A stretch of 63,761 nucleotides of DNA, the filler included, from Octopus bimaculoides (lineage: Eukaryota): assembly GCF_001194135.2 (NCBI RefSeq). It is 6 parts of 6 records of this genome, joined end to end, with 100 filler letters (N's around TTAATTAATTAA, not from the genome) between each part and the next. Parts side by side here need not be neighbours in the genome. Positions count along the whole stretch, not along the records: positions 1 to 7,737 come from NC_069010.1; positions 7,838 to 23,322 come from NC_068998.1; 4 more parts are not named here. One strand, given 5' to 3'. Shown here piece by piece: positions 1 through 10,389 of the stretch. The notes under the pieces were generated by a model. The model did not search any database and was not told the DNA's origin. It worked only from the letters and a program-made list of their open reading frames with translations. Positions within the stretch are counted from its first letter, which is position 1. Every line of letters begins with the position of its first letter. Position numbers and translations under genes: made by a program.

Positions 1-281
1 GCCACCTGCACAGGAGCCAGTCCAGTGGCACTAGCAATAATAATAATAATAATAATGGTTTCAGATTTTGCTACAAGGGCAGCCATTTTGTGGGAGGCGG
101 CCAGTCAATTAGATCGATCCCAGTATGCAACTGGTACTTAATTTATCGACCCTGAAGGGATAAAAGGCAAAGTCGACCTCAGCAGGAGTTTTGAACTCAG
201 AACGTAGCGACGGACGAATTATCACTAAGCATTTCGTCCAGCATGCAAACGACTCTGCCAGCTCGTTACCTTGATAATAAT

Positions 282-670
282 GGTAGTAATCAACGCGGCA
301 GTGCCAGGAGATCAAGATGTCATCATGAAAGAAAGAGAAAAGGTTGATAAATATGGAGACCCCTAATTGAGATCCCTAAGATGTGGCAGCTACGAGAGTC
401 AAACATAAAGATTATCCCTATTGTCATCGGAGCATTTGGGTTCAATACCACCCAAATCTGAAAAACACATCTGGAAACTTTAGAAATACCCTACAATCTA
501 GGTGTATGGCAAAAGACGGCATTACTTGGAACTGGATGCATATTGCGTAAAGTGCTGTCTGTCTGAGGTCCTGGTTGTGACTTGACAAACAGCACAAACC
601 CCCGGTAGACACAATATCTTCAATCGACAACCTCACAATATTGTATACTGTGTGACGTCTATAATAATAA
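282..670 (+). mobile_element. 3' end of an R4/Dong-like RLE non-LTR retrotransposon (decayed)
   Basis: Frameshifted VVINAAVPGDQDVIMKEREKVDKY...IIPIVIGAF...KTALLGTGCILRKVLSV* (TGA 564-566), then a 3'UTR and (TAA)n. Confidence 0.75.
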
Positions 671-738
671 TGAAAGTGATGATGATGCTGATGATGACGG
701 TGATGGTGATGGTGATGATGATGATGATGATGATGATG

Positions 739-769
<31 letters not shown>

Positions 770-771
<2 letters not shown>

Positions 772-1003
772 CCCAGACCGTAGAGATGTATAATAGTGTA
801 CAAAAAGCACCAATCCAGAACACCACAGACAAACATATGAGCACTACTGGGTACTGCACACATCCTACGCAAAACACCTTCATTACAGTAACCATAAGAG
901 CACCACAGCAAACCACAGCACATACCCAAGGCACACAGAGATGTGCTCGGTAGTGAAGTGAAAGCACGTTATGAAAATAAAACTACCGAACAATAATAAT
1001 AAT
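770..1003 (+). mobile_element. 3' end of a second R4/Dong-like family
   Basis: ALLGTAHILRKTPSLQ* (841-891), a different 3'UTR, (TAA)n on both sides. Confidence 0.65.
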
Positions 1004-1170
1004 ATACCTGGCCTCTTCGCCTCCTTCTTCGTTGGGCCCCGGTCTTCTGGGGCTGTTTTTATCACAAGCGCTATCAAAAGAAAACAAAGCAGATATATGC
1101 ACAAATATATACATGCACACACACACACAGATCTACATACAATACATATATATTCATATATACACACATA

Positions 1171-2225
1171 TTATCATCATCAACATCGTTTAACGTCCGC
1201 TTTCCATGCTAGCATGGGTTGGATGATTTGACTGAGGACTGGTGAACCAGATGGCTACACCAGGCTCCAATCTGATTTGGCAGAGTTTCTACAGCTGGAT
1301 GCCCTTCCTAACACCAACCACTCCGAGAGTGTAGTGGGTGCTTTTACGTGCCACCGGCACGAGGGCCAGTCAGGCGGGTACTCGTGACGGCCACGCTCGA
1401 AATGGTGTATTTTACGTACCACCTGCACAGGAGCCAGTCCATCGGCACTGGCAACGATCTCGCTCGAATGTCTTTTCACGTGCCACTGGCATNNNNNNNN
1501 NNNNNNNNNNNNNNNNNNNNNNNNNNNNNNNNNNNNNNNNNNNNNNNNNNNNNNNNNNNNNTTATCATCATCAACATCGTTTAACGTCCGCTTTCCATGC
1601 TAGCATGGGTTGGATGATTTGACTGAGGACTGGTGAACCAGATGGCTACACCAGGCTCCAATCTGATTTGGCAGAGTTTCTACAGCTGGATGCCCTTCCT
1701 AACACCAACCACTCCGAGAGTGTAGTGGGTGCTTTTACGTGCCACCGGCACGAGGGCCAGTCAGGCGGGTACTCGTGACGGCCACGCTCGAAATGGTGTA
1801 TTTTACGTACCACCTGCACAGGAGCCAGTCCATCGGCACTGGCAACGATCTCGCTCGAATGTCTTTTCACGTGCCACTGGCATAAGGGCCAGGATGGCGA
1901 CGTTGGTAACGATCAACAGCCACGCTCGAAATGGTGTATTTTACGTGTCACCTGCACAGGATGCAATTAACATTGGGTAAGACGAGCCTCCGTCATCATA
2001 TATTTAATACATTTGATGTATGTAATTTGTTTAATTTGCATAAGTGCCTATATATATATAAAAGACCTGTTGAGGCAAGTGAAATCGAAATCGAATTAAA
2101 TTCGACGACTGGCACCCATGCCAACGTCATCTTCTTCATTGGACACTAAACTCTGAGAGTGTAGTGGTTGCTTTTACGTGCCACCAGCACGAGCGCCAGT
2201 CAGGCGGTACTGGCAACGGCCGTGC
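1171..2225 (-). mobile_element. RTE 3'UTR/tail copies (partly duplicated across a gap)
   Basis: CATCATCAACATCGTTTAACGTCCGCTTTCCATGCTAGCATGGG...GGATGCCCTTCCTAAC; same sequence as the tail at 58455. Confidence 0.85.
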
Positions 2226-2234
2226 ATAGTAAGA

Positions 2235-2272
<38 letters not shown>

Positions 2273-2305
2273 ACTAATAAAAAAAAGTCACTCTAAAAGA
2301 CACAC

Positions 2306-2424
2306 CTACGAATGAGAAAGCATGAAACCGCTTCATTGTTCTCGTCTATAGCCTGGTGGAGTAGGTTCTGCTGGCATCCGTCAGGGCCTTCCCCCCACAT
2401 GTCTACATCACAGCCATGTTTTAC
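2306..2424 (-). CDS. ANKFY1: ANKFY1 (rabankyrin-5) internal exon
   Basis: cag|GTA...CGT AG|gtgtg; encodes VKHGCDVDMWGEGPDGCQQNLLHQAIDENNEAVSCFLIR, matching remembered human ANKFY1 VRHGCDATCWGPGPGGCLQTLLHRAIDENNEPTACFLIR; phase 0 start fits the exon at 3467-3635. Confidence 0.9.
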
Positions 2425-3380
2425 CTGGAGAAAGAGAGAGAGACAAACAGAGGGGAAAACATTAGAGATGAAAATTTAATTTTGATGGAAGATTTTAATT
2501 GAGATCNNNNNNNNNNNNNNNNNNNNNNNNNNNNNNNNNNNNNNNNNNNNNNNNNNNNNNNNNNNNNNNNNNNNNNNNNNNNNNNNNNNNNNNNNNNNNN
2601 NNNNNNNNNNNNNNNNNNNNNNNNNNNNNNNNNNNNNNNNNNNNNNNNNNNNNNNNNNNNNNNNNNNNNNNNNNNNNNNNNNNNNNNNNNNNNNNNNNNN
2701 NNNNNNNNNNNNNNNNNNNNNNNNNNNNNNNNNNNNNNNNNNNNNNNNNNNNNNNNNNNNNNNNNNNNNNNNNNNNNNNNNNNNNNNNNNNNNNNNNNNN
2801 NNNNNNNNNNNNNNNNNNNNNNNNNNNNNNNNNNNNNNNNNNNNNNNNNNNNNNNNNNNNNNNNNNNNNNNNNNNNNNNNNNNNNNNNNNNNNNNNNNNN
2901 NNNNNNNNNNNNNNNNNNNNNNNNNNNNNNNNNNNNNNNNNNNNNNNNNNNNNNNNNNNNNNNNNNNNNNNNNNNNNNNNNNNNNNNNNNNNNNNNNNNN
3001 NNNNNNNNNNNNNNNNNNNNNNNNNNNNNNNNNNNNNNNNNNNNNNNNNNNNNNNNNNNNNNNNAAACTGAAAGAAGCCCGTCGTATATATGTATATATA
3101 TATATGTATGTATGTATGTGTTTGTGTGTATGTGTTTGTGTGTCTGTGTTTGTCCCCCCTCCCACCAACACTTGACAACCGATGCTGGTGTGTTTACGTC
3201 CCCGTAACTTAGCGGTTTGGCAAAAAGAGATTCGATAGAATAAGTACTAGGCTTACAAAAGAATAAGTCCTGGGGGGGGTCGATTTGCTCGACTACAAAG
3301 GCGGTGCTCCAGCATGGCCGCAGTCAAATGACTGAAACATGTAAAAGAGTAAAAGAGTATATATACACACACAAACACAT

Positions 3381-3415
<35 letters not shown>

Positions 3416-3466
3416 TGAATAGGAGGAAGAAAGAGAAGAGATGGAAAAAGAAAGAGTGTACTGTAC

Positions 3467-3635
3467 CAAGATGTGTGCAATGTCTTCCTGTCCCGAATCC
3501 AAGGCCAGCCAAAGGGGACAGTTGTTGTCCTTGTCCACTATGTTCATGTTGACGCCACTGGCACACAGGGCCTCTACAATGACAGGAAGGTGGCGCTTGA
3601 TCGCCAGCTGTAGAGGAGCATCACCCTCAGGGGTC
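3467..3635 (-). CDS. ANKFY1: ANKFY1 internal exon (ankyrin repeats)
   Basis: tgcag|G ACC...ATC TTG|gtacag; TPEGDAPLQLAIKRHLPVIVEALCASGVNMNIVDKDNNCPLWLALDSGQEDIAHIL matches ANKFY1 TQDGETALQLAIRNQLPLVVDAICTRGADM...PPLWLALANNLEDIASTL. Confidence 0.92.
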
Positions 3636-5397
3636 CTGCAAAGGAGAAGACAGATGGGGATTGTTTCGTTTTTTGTTTTTTTTAATGAGCGAGTGAGAGA
3701 GAGAGGAAGAAACTGGAGACAAACAGACAGACGGATAGAGAGAGAGGTAGACAGGCAGACATAGACAGACGGAGAGAGAGACAGACAGATGGGCAGCGAC
3801 AGAGAGACAGACGGATGGACAGACAGAGACAAACAGACAGACAGAGCCAGACAAACAGACGGAGACAGACGGTGGGGGTGGTGGTGATGATGATGATGAT
3901 GATGACAATAATAGTAATAATAATAATAATCCTTTCTACTGAAGGTACAAGGCCTGAAATTTGTAGGGAGGGGGACTAATCAATTACACTGACCCCAGTG
4001 TATAACTGGTACTTAATTTATTGACCCCCCCCCAAAAAAAGCATGAAAGGCAAAGTCGACCTCGGCGGAATTTGAACTCAGAACATGGTGACAGGCGAAA
4101 TACCACTCAGCATTTTGCCTGGCGTGCTAACGATTCTGCCAGCATGATGATGATGATGATGATGATGATGNNNNNNNNNNNNNNNNNNNNNNNNNNNNNN
4201 NNNNNNNNNNNNNNNNNNNNNNNNNNNNNNNNNNNNNNNNNNNNNNNNNNNNNNNNNNNNNNNNNNNNNNNNNNNNNNNNNNNNNNNNNNNNNNNNNNNN
4301 NNNNNNNNNNNNNNNNNNNNNNNNNNNNNNNNNNNNNNNNNNNNNNNNNNNNNNNNNNNNNNNNNNNNNNNNNNNNNNNNNNNNNNNNNNNNNNNNNNNN
4401 NNNNNNNNNNNNNNNNNNNNNNNNNNNNNNNNNNNNNNNNNNNNNNNNNNNNNNNNNNNNNNNNNNNNNNNNNNNNNNNNNNNNNNNNNNNNNNNNNNNN
4501 NNNNNNNNNNNNNNNNNNNNNNNNNNNNNNNNNNNNNNNNNNNNNNNNNNNNNNNNNNNNNNNNNNNNNNNNNNNNNNNNNNNNNNNNNNNNNNNNNNNN
4601 NNNNNNNNNNNNNNNNNNNNNNNNNNNNNNNNNNNNNNNNNNNNNNNNNNNNNNNNNNNNNNNNNNNNNNNNNNNNNNNNNNNNNNNNNNNNNNNNNNNN
4701 NNNNNNNNNNNNNNNNNNNNNNNNNNNNNNNNNNNNNNNNNNNNNNNNNNNNNNNNNNNNNNNNNNNNNNNNNNNNNNNNNNNNNNNNNNNNNNNNNNNN
4801 NNNNNNNNNNNNNNNNNNNNNNNNNNNNNNNNNNNNNNNNNNNNNNNNNNNNNNNNNNNNNNNNNNNNNNNNNNNNNNNNNNNNNNNNNNNNNNNNNNNN
4901 NNNNNNNNNNNNNNNNNNNNNNNNNNNNNNNNNNNNNNNNNNNNNNNNNNNNNNNNNNNNNNNNNNNNNNNNNNNNNNNNNNNNNNNNNNNNNNNNNNNN
5001 NNNNNNNNNNNNNNNNNNNNNNNNNNNNNNNNNNNNNNNNNNNNNNNNNNNNNNNNNNNNNNNNNNNNNNNNNNNNNNNNNNNNNNNNNNAACGGGGAGG
5101 AGGAGGAGGAGGAGGAGGAGGAGGAAGAGGAAACGGGGAGGAATGGAAGGGGGAAGGGAGGAAGAAGTGAGGATAACAAGGGGAGGAGGGTGAAGAAGGG
5201 AAGATGAAGAGGGGGAGGAGGAATTGGCGAGGAGGGAGAGGAGAGGGAGAGAAGGGATGGGATGGGAGGATCATAGATCTGTTGGACTAGGATTGACCTG
5301 GGGTTAAACAACAACAACAACAATGAAACAACAGAAGAACAACAACAACAAAAGAAACATTAGATAATGTAGTCCAAGATAGACTAGGCTGTCTTAC

Positions 5398-5526
5398 CTT
5401 TGTGCTCCAAAAAGAGACTGACGATCTCCTCATACTTGTGTATTATGGCCAGGTGCAGTGGTGTTTGCTTGCCGACAGGCGCTGCTTTGTCATTGCCATC
5501 TTCGTCTACCTCGGTGTACAGAGCCA
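5398..5526 (-). CDS. ANKFY1: ANKFY1 exon, 5' part hidden in gap 5527-5536
   Basis: ALYTEVDEDGNDKAAPVGKQTPLHLAIIHKYEEIVSLFLEHK then G|gtaag donor; matches ANKFY1 LQTPLHMAIAYNHPDVVSVILEQK. Confidence 0.85.
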
Positions 5527-5559
5527 NNNNNNNNNNGAGGGTAGAAGAGAGTGATGAAG

Positions 5560-5636
5560 AGAGATAGAGATAAAGAGAGAGGCACAGACAGATTGAGGAA
5601 GACATAGAGAGAGACAGAGAGAGAGAGATGGAGAGA

Positions 5637-5670
<34 letters not shown>

Positions 5671-5741
5671 CAGAGAGAGAGACAGAGAGAGAGAGATACA
5701 GACAGAGAGAGAGACAGACAGAGAGAGACAGACAGACAGAC

Positions 5742-5772
<31 letters not shown>

Positions 5773-5835
5773 GATAGAGACAAGCAAAAATACAGAGAAA
5801 GAGAGCTAAAGTCGAAGAAAGACACACAGACAGAG
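5560..5835. repeat. (GA/GACA)n compound microsatellite
   Basis: Direct inspection. Confidence 0.9.
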
Positions 5836-6321
5836 AGATATAGGGCAGACATCTCTATATATACCATAAATCCTCGAGTATAATACGCACTTCTTTTCCC
5901 AACATTTAAAGGATGAAGAAAATGGAGGATAGATTTGGCACTATTCAGTACATATATACATATCATTTTATGCCTCATTTCCACGCTGGCATGGGTTGGA
6001 CAGACTGACAGCAGCTAGCAAGCTGGAGGGCTGCACCAGGTCCCAATCATCTGTTTTTTTTCATGGTTTCTACAGCTGGATGCCCTCCCTAAAGCCAACC
6101 ACTTTACAGAATGTACTGGGTGCTTTTAAAATTGATAGGCAGGCAGAACCCCAACCAATAGGCCACAAATTTTCCCCATACATCACACACACAGAGGCTC
6201 TCTCATGCACACTCACACACACACACACACACACAGGCATACACACACACAAGTCAATGAGAGAGAAAGAGAGAAACAGCAAAAGAGAAAAACAGAAATA
6301 ATCAGTGTGGAGTTATCTAAC

Positions 6322-6419
6322 CTTGAAGTTCACATGGTTCACCAGAGCACCATTGTTGGCCAAGAATATTCCAGCACTTCCATTTCCAGACCCTGTTGTC
6401 TGTATCAACAGAGAATCTC
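6322..6419 (-). CDS. ANKFY1: ANKFY1 internal exon
   Basis: tttttttcag|GA GAT...TTC AAG|gttaga; (G)DSLLIQTTGSGNGSAGIFLANNGALVNHVNFK resembles ANKFY1 GNSLLQRAAGAGNEAAALFLATNGAHVNHRNK. Confidence 0.85.
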
Positions 6420-6453
6420 CTGAAAAAAAGCATAACCAAAGGTCACAAAAGTC

Positions 6454-7015
6454 GGATCTATTTTAAAACGGGGGCCACATTTTTCTTTAATGTTTTACGT
6501 AGTGTTTTTGGTACCGAAAGACTTTCAAACTTCGTATACTTATCTATTTTGTGTTATAGAACAGAAAAATATTCTTGTATTCGAATTTATTTCATGTAAA
6601 AAATTGTCTTATTTCGATAATTTCAACCATTCACTGACAAGTATTCAGTTGTTTACATTTACTCCTTTGGCTGATTAAGCGATGTAAAGCGTATTTAATC
6701 TCCATACCTTCGTTTTATTTGCTTTTTTCATTTTAAATTTGCTTTAACCCTAACCCTAACCCTAAGGTTAGGGTTAATTGTTTCAGAATCGTTTGTTTAT
6801 GTAGTCGGCACTTAATGTATATCGGCTGAATGGACGTCAGTGATTGGTTGAAATTACAGAAATACGACAACTTTAACATGGAATAACTTAGGGATTTCTT
6901 TTTTTTTTAAGAAGACTAAGAGAAAAAGATGTTTTATATGACACATTCTACCAGTGTTCCAAGTTTCAAAGTGTTTCGTTAATGAAAAATGTGGCCCTCG
7001 TTTTAAAAAAGATCC
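6454..7015. mobile_element. MITE, ~39-bp TIRs, 8-bp TSD
   Basis: GGATCTATTTTAAAACGGGGGCCACATTTTTC... versus the reverse complement of the right end GGATCTTTTTTAAAACGAGGGCCACATTTTTC; CAAAAGTC at 6446-6453 and 7016-7023. Confidence 0.9.
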
Positions 7016-7257
7016 CAAAAGTCATATTGGGTTTTTAGCTCATTTGTCTGAGCAATCATTCATCTTTTACTGCCAAGTGAGCAAGCACTGATAACCGTCA
7101 ACGTAGTAGCTGTCTGTCACCATAAAATCAAGTGTCACTGATGTCAACAGCCATTGCGACCATAAACTGATCAGTCAGTCATTGTCAACGTTGTCACTGT
7201 CATTACTAGCATTCATTAACACTTCAAGGTACCAATTACTCTGTCAAATCTAATGCT

Positions 7258-7445
7258 TATTCATTACCTCTGCCTTACGAAGGCAGAAATATTGTTTTCA
7301 GTCATCTTTGTTTGTCTGACTGTGGACAAGATATCTCAAGAACCGCTGGATGGATTCAGATGAAACTCTCAGGGATGTTTGGCCTTATGATTGGTCCAAA
7401 CTGATTAGATTTTGGGATCGATCAGGTACTGGACAAGAATTCTGG
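7258..7445 (+). mobile_element. Helentron-associated (HINE/DINE-like) element 5' fragment
   Basis: TTACCTCTGCCTTACGAAGGCAGA hairpin, then TTGTTTTCAGTC..TGTTTGTCTG..GGATGGATT..ATGAAACT; pattern recalled from HINE-type elements. Confidence 0.5.
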
Positions 7446-7737
7446 ATTCTGATAAGGGTACACCTGGCACATGCATCACAACCATATGTGCGCGATATAC
7501 AGGGTTTAAAAAAAAAACCTTGGCTGGAAAAATAAGCAAAGGCACCTGTGGTTCACAAACCACACACCTATTAAAACCCAGGCAGTTCTGAGGCCATTAC
7601 ACCAAAGCAGCCTCCCCCACTTTCATCCATCCAAATTAGAGGCTTTCATTTTACAAGCAAGTCAGTTTATATTGTTTTCAAAGCAAGTCTGTTTATATTT
7701 AGAGCAGTGGTTATTAACTGGGGTCCTTATAAGATTT

Positions 7738-7837
7738 NNNNNNNNNNNNNNNNNNNNNNNNNNNNNNNNNNNNNNNNNNNNTTAATTAATTAANNNNNNN
7801 NNNNNNNNNNNNNNNNNNNNNNNNNNNNNNNNNNNNN
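7738..7837. other. Artificial scaffold spacer 1
   Basis: 44 N + TTAATTAATTAA (7782-7793; stops in all six frames) + 44 N = 100 bp. Confidence 0.97.
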
Positions 7838-8317
7838 ATATATACAACGGGCTTCTTTTTCCGTTTCCGTCTGTCAAATCCATTCATAAGGCTTTGGTCA
7901 GTCCGAGGCTATAGTAGAAAAATCTTATCCAAGGTGTCACACAGTGGAACTGAACCTGGAACCACATGGTTGTTCTAAAGTAAACTTCTTACCATACAGC
8001 CACTCCTGCGCCTATGTATAAGCAAAAAAATAATAATAAATACGTATGTTCTATGCATCTTTGCTGTTCCTCGGTTTTAACTTTCAAAATTCTAATCCCA
8101 CCAAATATTAGGTAGAAATGATTTTCTCCCTTATTGGCCACCAAGAAACACCATGTTTACAATTTAGATGTTCAGGTTCATAATGACTGTCCAAAAGTAT
8201 TATTCACATATGCTATTTACATTAAATATTCTAAAAATGTAATTTACAATTTGCTCTTCATTACAATTCTTAAATTGCAGTTTACCTCATTGTTTTTCAT
8301 TATGTTTTTCATTCCAG

Positions 8318-8431
8318 TTAATATGTCAACACGTCTCACTCATGTTTTCGCACAAGACCTTTCGACTTTTGATTCCATTATTGGTTTTTACGGGATTACA
8401 GCAAGGTTTCATTTACGCCGATTTCAATAGG
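8318..8431 (+). CDS. unc-93: UNC-93-like MFS membrane protein, internal exon
   Basis: ttccag|TTA...AAT AGG|gtaagt; LICQHVSLMFSHKTFRLLIPLLVFTGLQQGFIYADFNR resembles UNC93A LRLLILLPLYSGLQQGFLSSEYTR; phase 0 fits the next exon. Confidence 0.85.
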
Positions 8432-8488
8432 GTAAGTAATTTTAAGTACCACTTTTTTCTCATTTACCCCTATATTGCAACAATAAGA

Positions 8489-8697
8489 GCCTATACTATG
8501 AGACCCAATACTATAAGACCTTATACTATAACACTCTATACTATGAGAACCCTGTACTATGAGAACCTATATTATAAGATCCTACACTATGAGACCTTTT
8601 ACTATAAGACCCTATACTATGAGACCCTATACTATAAGACCCTATACTATAAGACCCTATACTGTGAGACCCAATATTATGAGAACCTATACTATGC
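8489..8697. repeat. 15-bp minisatellite (CCCTATACTATA/GAGA)
   Basis: About 14 degenerate units just downstream of the UNC-93 donor. Confidence 0.9.
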
Positions 8698-8760
8698 AGA
8701 ACGTTCAACTATCTTGTTACTTATCATTAGCGTCACTACATAACCTTCTGTCTGTTTCGA

Positions 8761-8866
<106 letters not shown>

Positions 8867-9120
8867 TACACATGCACGCACGCACACATATGTGTATGTG
8901 TATCTGTGTGTGCCTGCATGTACATGTACACACTTTTACTTGCTGAGGCACCGCCTTGAATTGGTTTTCTTAATCGATCGAATTAATACCGGTACTTATT
9001 CTTTTAAAGTCTAGTACCTATTCTATCAGTTGGTTTAAGCCAAGCTGCTAAGTTACGGAGTCGCAGACAAATCAACATTGCTTGTCAAGCGGTGTGTGGA
9101 AAAAAGAATAAAGACATACA

Positions 9121-9480
9121 AAGGCGCATGCGTAGCTGTGTGGCAAGAAGCTTGATTCCCAACCACATGGTTCCGAGTTAAATCCCACTGCGTGCCACCT
9201 TGGACAAGTGTCTTCTAGCCTCGGGCCAGCCAAACCTTGTGGGTGGATTTGGTAGACGGAAACTGAAAGAAGCCCGTTGTATGTGTATATATGTATATAT
9301 CTATGTGTGTGAGTGTCTTTGTGTCTGTGTTTGTCCCTCTGTCACCGTTTGACAACTGGTTTCGGTGTGTTTACGTCAGTTAAAGAATAAGTTCTGGAGT
9401 CGATTTGTTCGACTAAAACCCTTCAAGACGGTGCTCAAGCATGGCCACGGTCAAATGACTGAAACAAGTAAAAGAATAGA
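9121..9480 (+). mobile_element. Long octopus-type tRNA SINE (internal microsatellite), near full length
   Basis: GCTGTGTGGCAAGAAGC..GGTTCCGAGTTAAATCCC..GGAAACTGAAAGAAGCCC..GCATGGCCACGGTCAAATGACTGAAAC; further copies at ~3065-3360(+), 7838-8010(-), 8935-9100(-), 14480-14750(-), 15620-16000(-), 17640-17795(+), 18200-18650(-), 30131-30345(-), 47480-47780(+), 52210-52350(-), 53980-54130(-), 56700-56840(-). Confidence 0.85.
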
Positions 9481-10378
9481 CACGCGTAGACATACACAAC
9501 CGCCTTTCAGACGACTTATATCTACTAAATTCATGTGGAAGGTATTATTCGGCCGGTGCCATAGTGTCTGTGTGTGTAGACCTTTCTTTGTCTTGCCAAC
9601 TGTGGAATAGTCTTTCATCGAAAAAGTTTAATAACACTAAAGCATGTCCGTTGATTTCACCCATAGACTTTACAAATACCACTTCAACTTACATTATCTA
9701 TATTGATTTCAAATTTTGGCACAAGCCCAGCAATTTCGGGGGAGGGTATAAGACGATTATGTAGACCCCAGTGTTCAACCGGAACTTATTTTATTAACCC
9801 CAAAAGACGAAAGGTAAAGCTGGCCGCGACCGAATTTGAACTCACAACGTAAAGCCAGGCGAAACGCTGCTAAACATTTTGCCCGGCGTGCTAACGGTTC
9901 AGCCAACACGCTGCCTTTCCTACGTTATCTATATTGTCAACCAATTTGCGATCAACATGGAAGTTATCTCTCTTACATGATGAGCTCCTTATTTTTTTTC
10001 TTTCAGGTTTTAAATATACCCCTCAAGGAAGGTTTTGTCAACTAATTGCTTAGATAATCTCAGTTAATGGGAATGCTTTATTTGTTTTGTTTTTGTTTTG
10101 GGTCTGTGTGTTTTTTGTTTTTTTTGTTTTTTGTTTTGTTTTTTTGGTTGTTGTTTTTTTGTTTTTTTGTTTTTTGTTTCAACTCGCTGTATTACATATG
10201 TGAAACCTCACCATAAAACAATAAGTCCCAGTCAAGTACTAAGAGTCATTATAATTAACTATTCCCATTCCCTCAAGATTTGTGGCCTCGTGCCTAAGAT
10301 AGAAATCGATATGTCTCGGCTTTATGGAACCACTTTCGACTTGGGTGCGACGGGAAATCGGATTTAACAATTAGCAAG

Positions 10379-10389
10379 AAAATGGCGCC
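10379..10389. promoter_or_regulatory. YY1-like core promoter motif
   Basis: AAAATGGCGCC in a locally CpG-rich patch. Confidence 0.25.

Noticed and set aside
1171-1883. 322-bp exact direct repeat (1171-1492 and 1562-1883)
   Set aside because: Identical copies flank a gap; typical unmerged contig overlap.
2476-5323. Long ORFs of 190-430 aa in the track (also at 27.7-29.0, 31.1-32.4 and 51.5-52.3 kb)
   Set aside because: Composed of X from N runs.
5870-5900. TACCATAAATCCTCGAGTATAATACGCAC, pogo/Tc-like TIR
   Set aside because: No partner TIR found; too short to call.
6745-6777. True telomere or chromosome fusion site
   Set aside because: Only ~5 units, lying inside a TSD-flanked MITE.
7782-7793. 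TTAATTAATTAA palindrome recurring five times
   Set aside because: Always centred in exactly 44+44 N; an artificial six-frame-stop spacer, not a biological motif. Gene neighbourhoods across these points were not interpreted.
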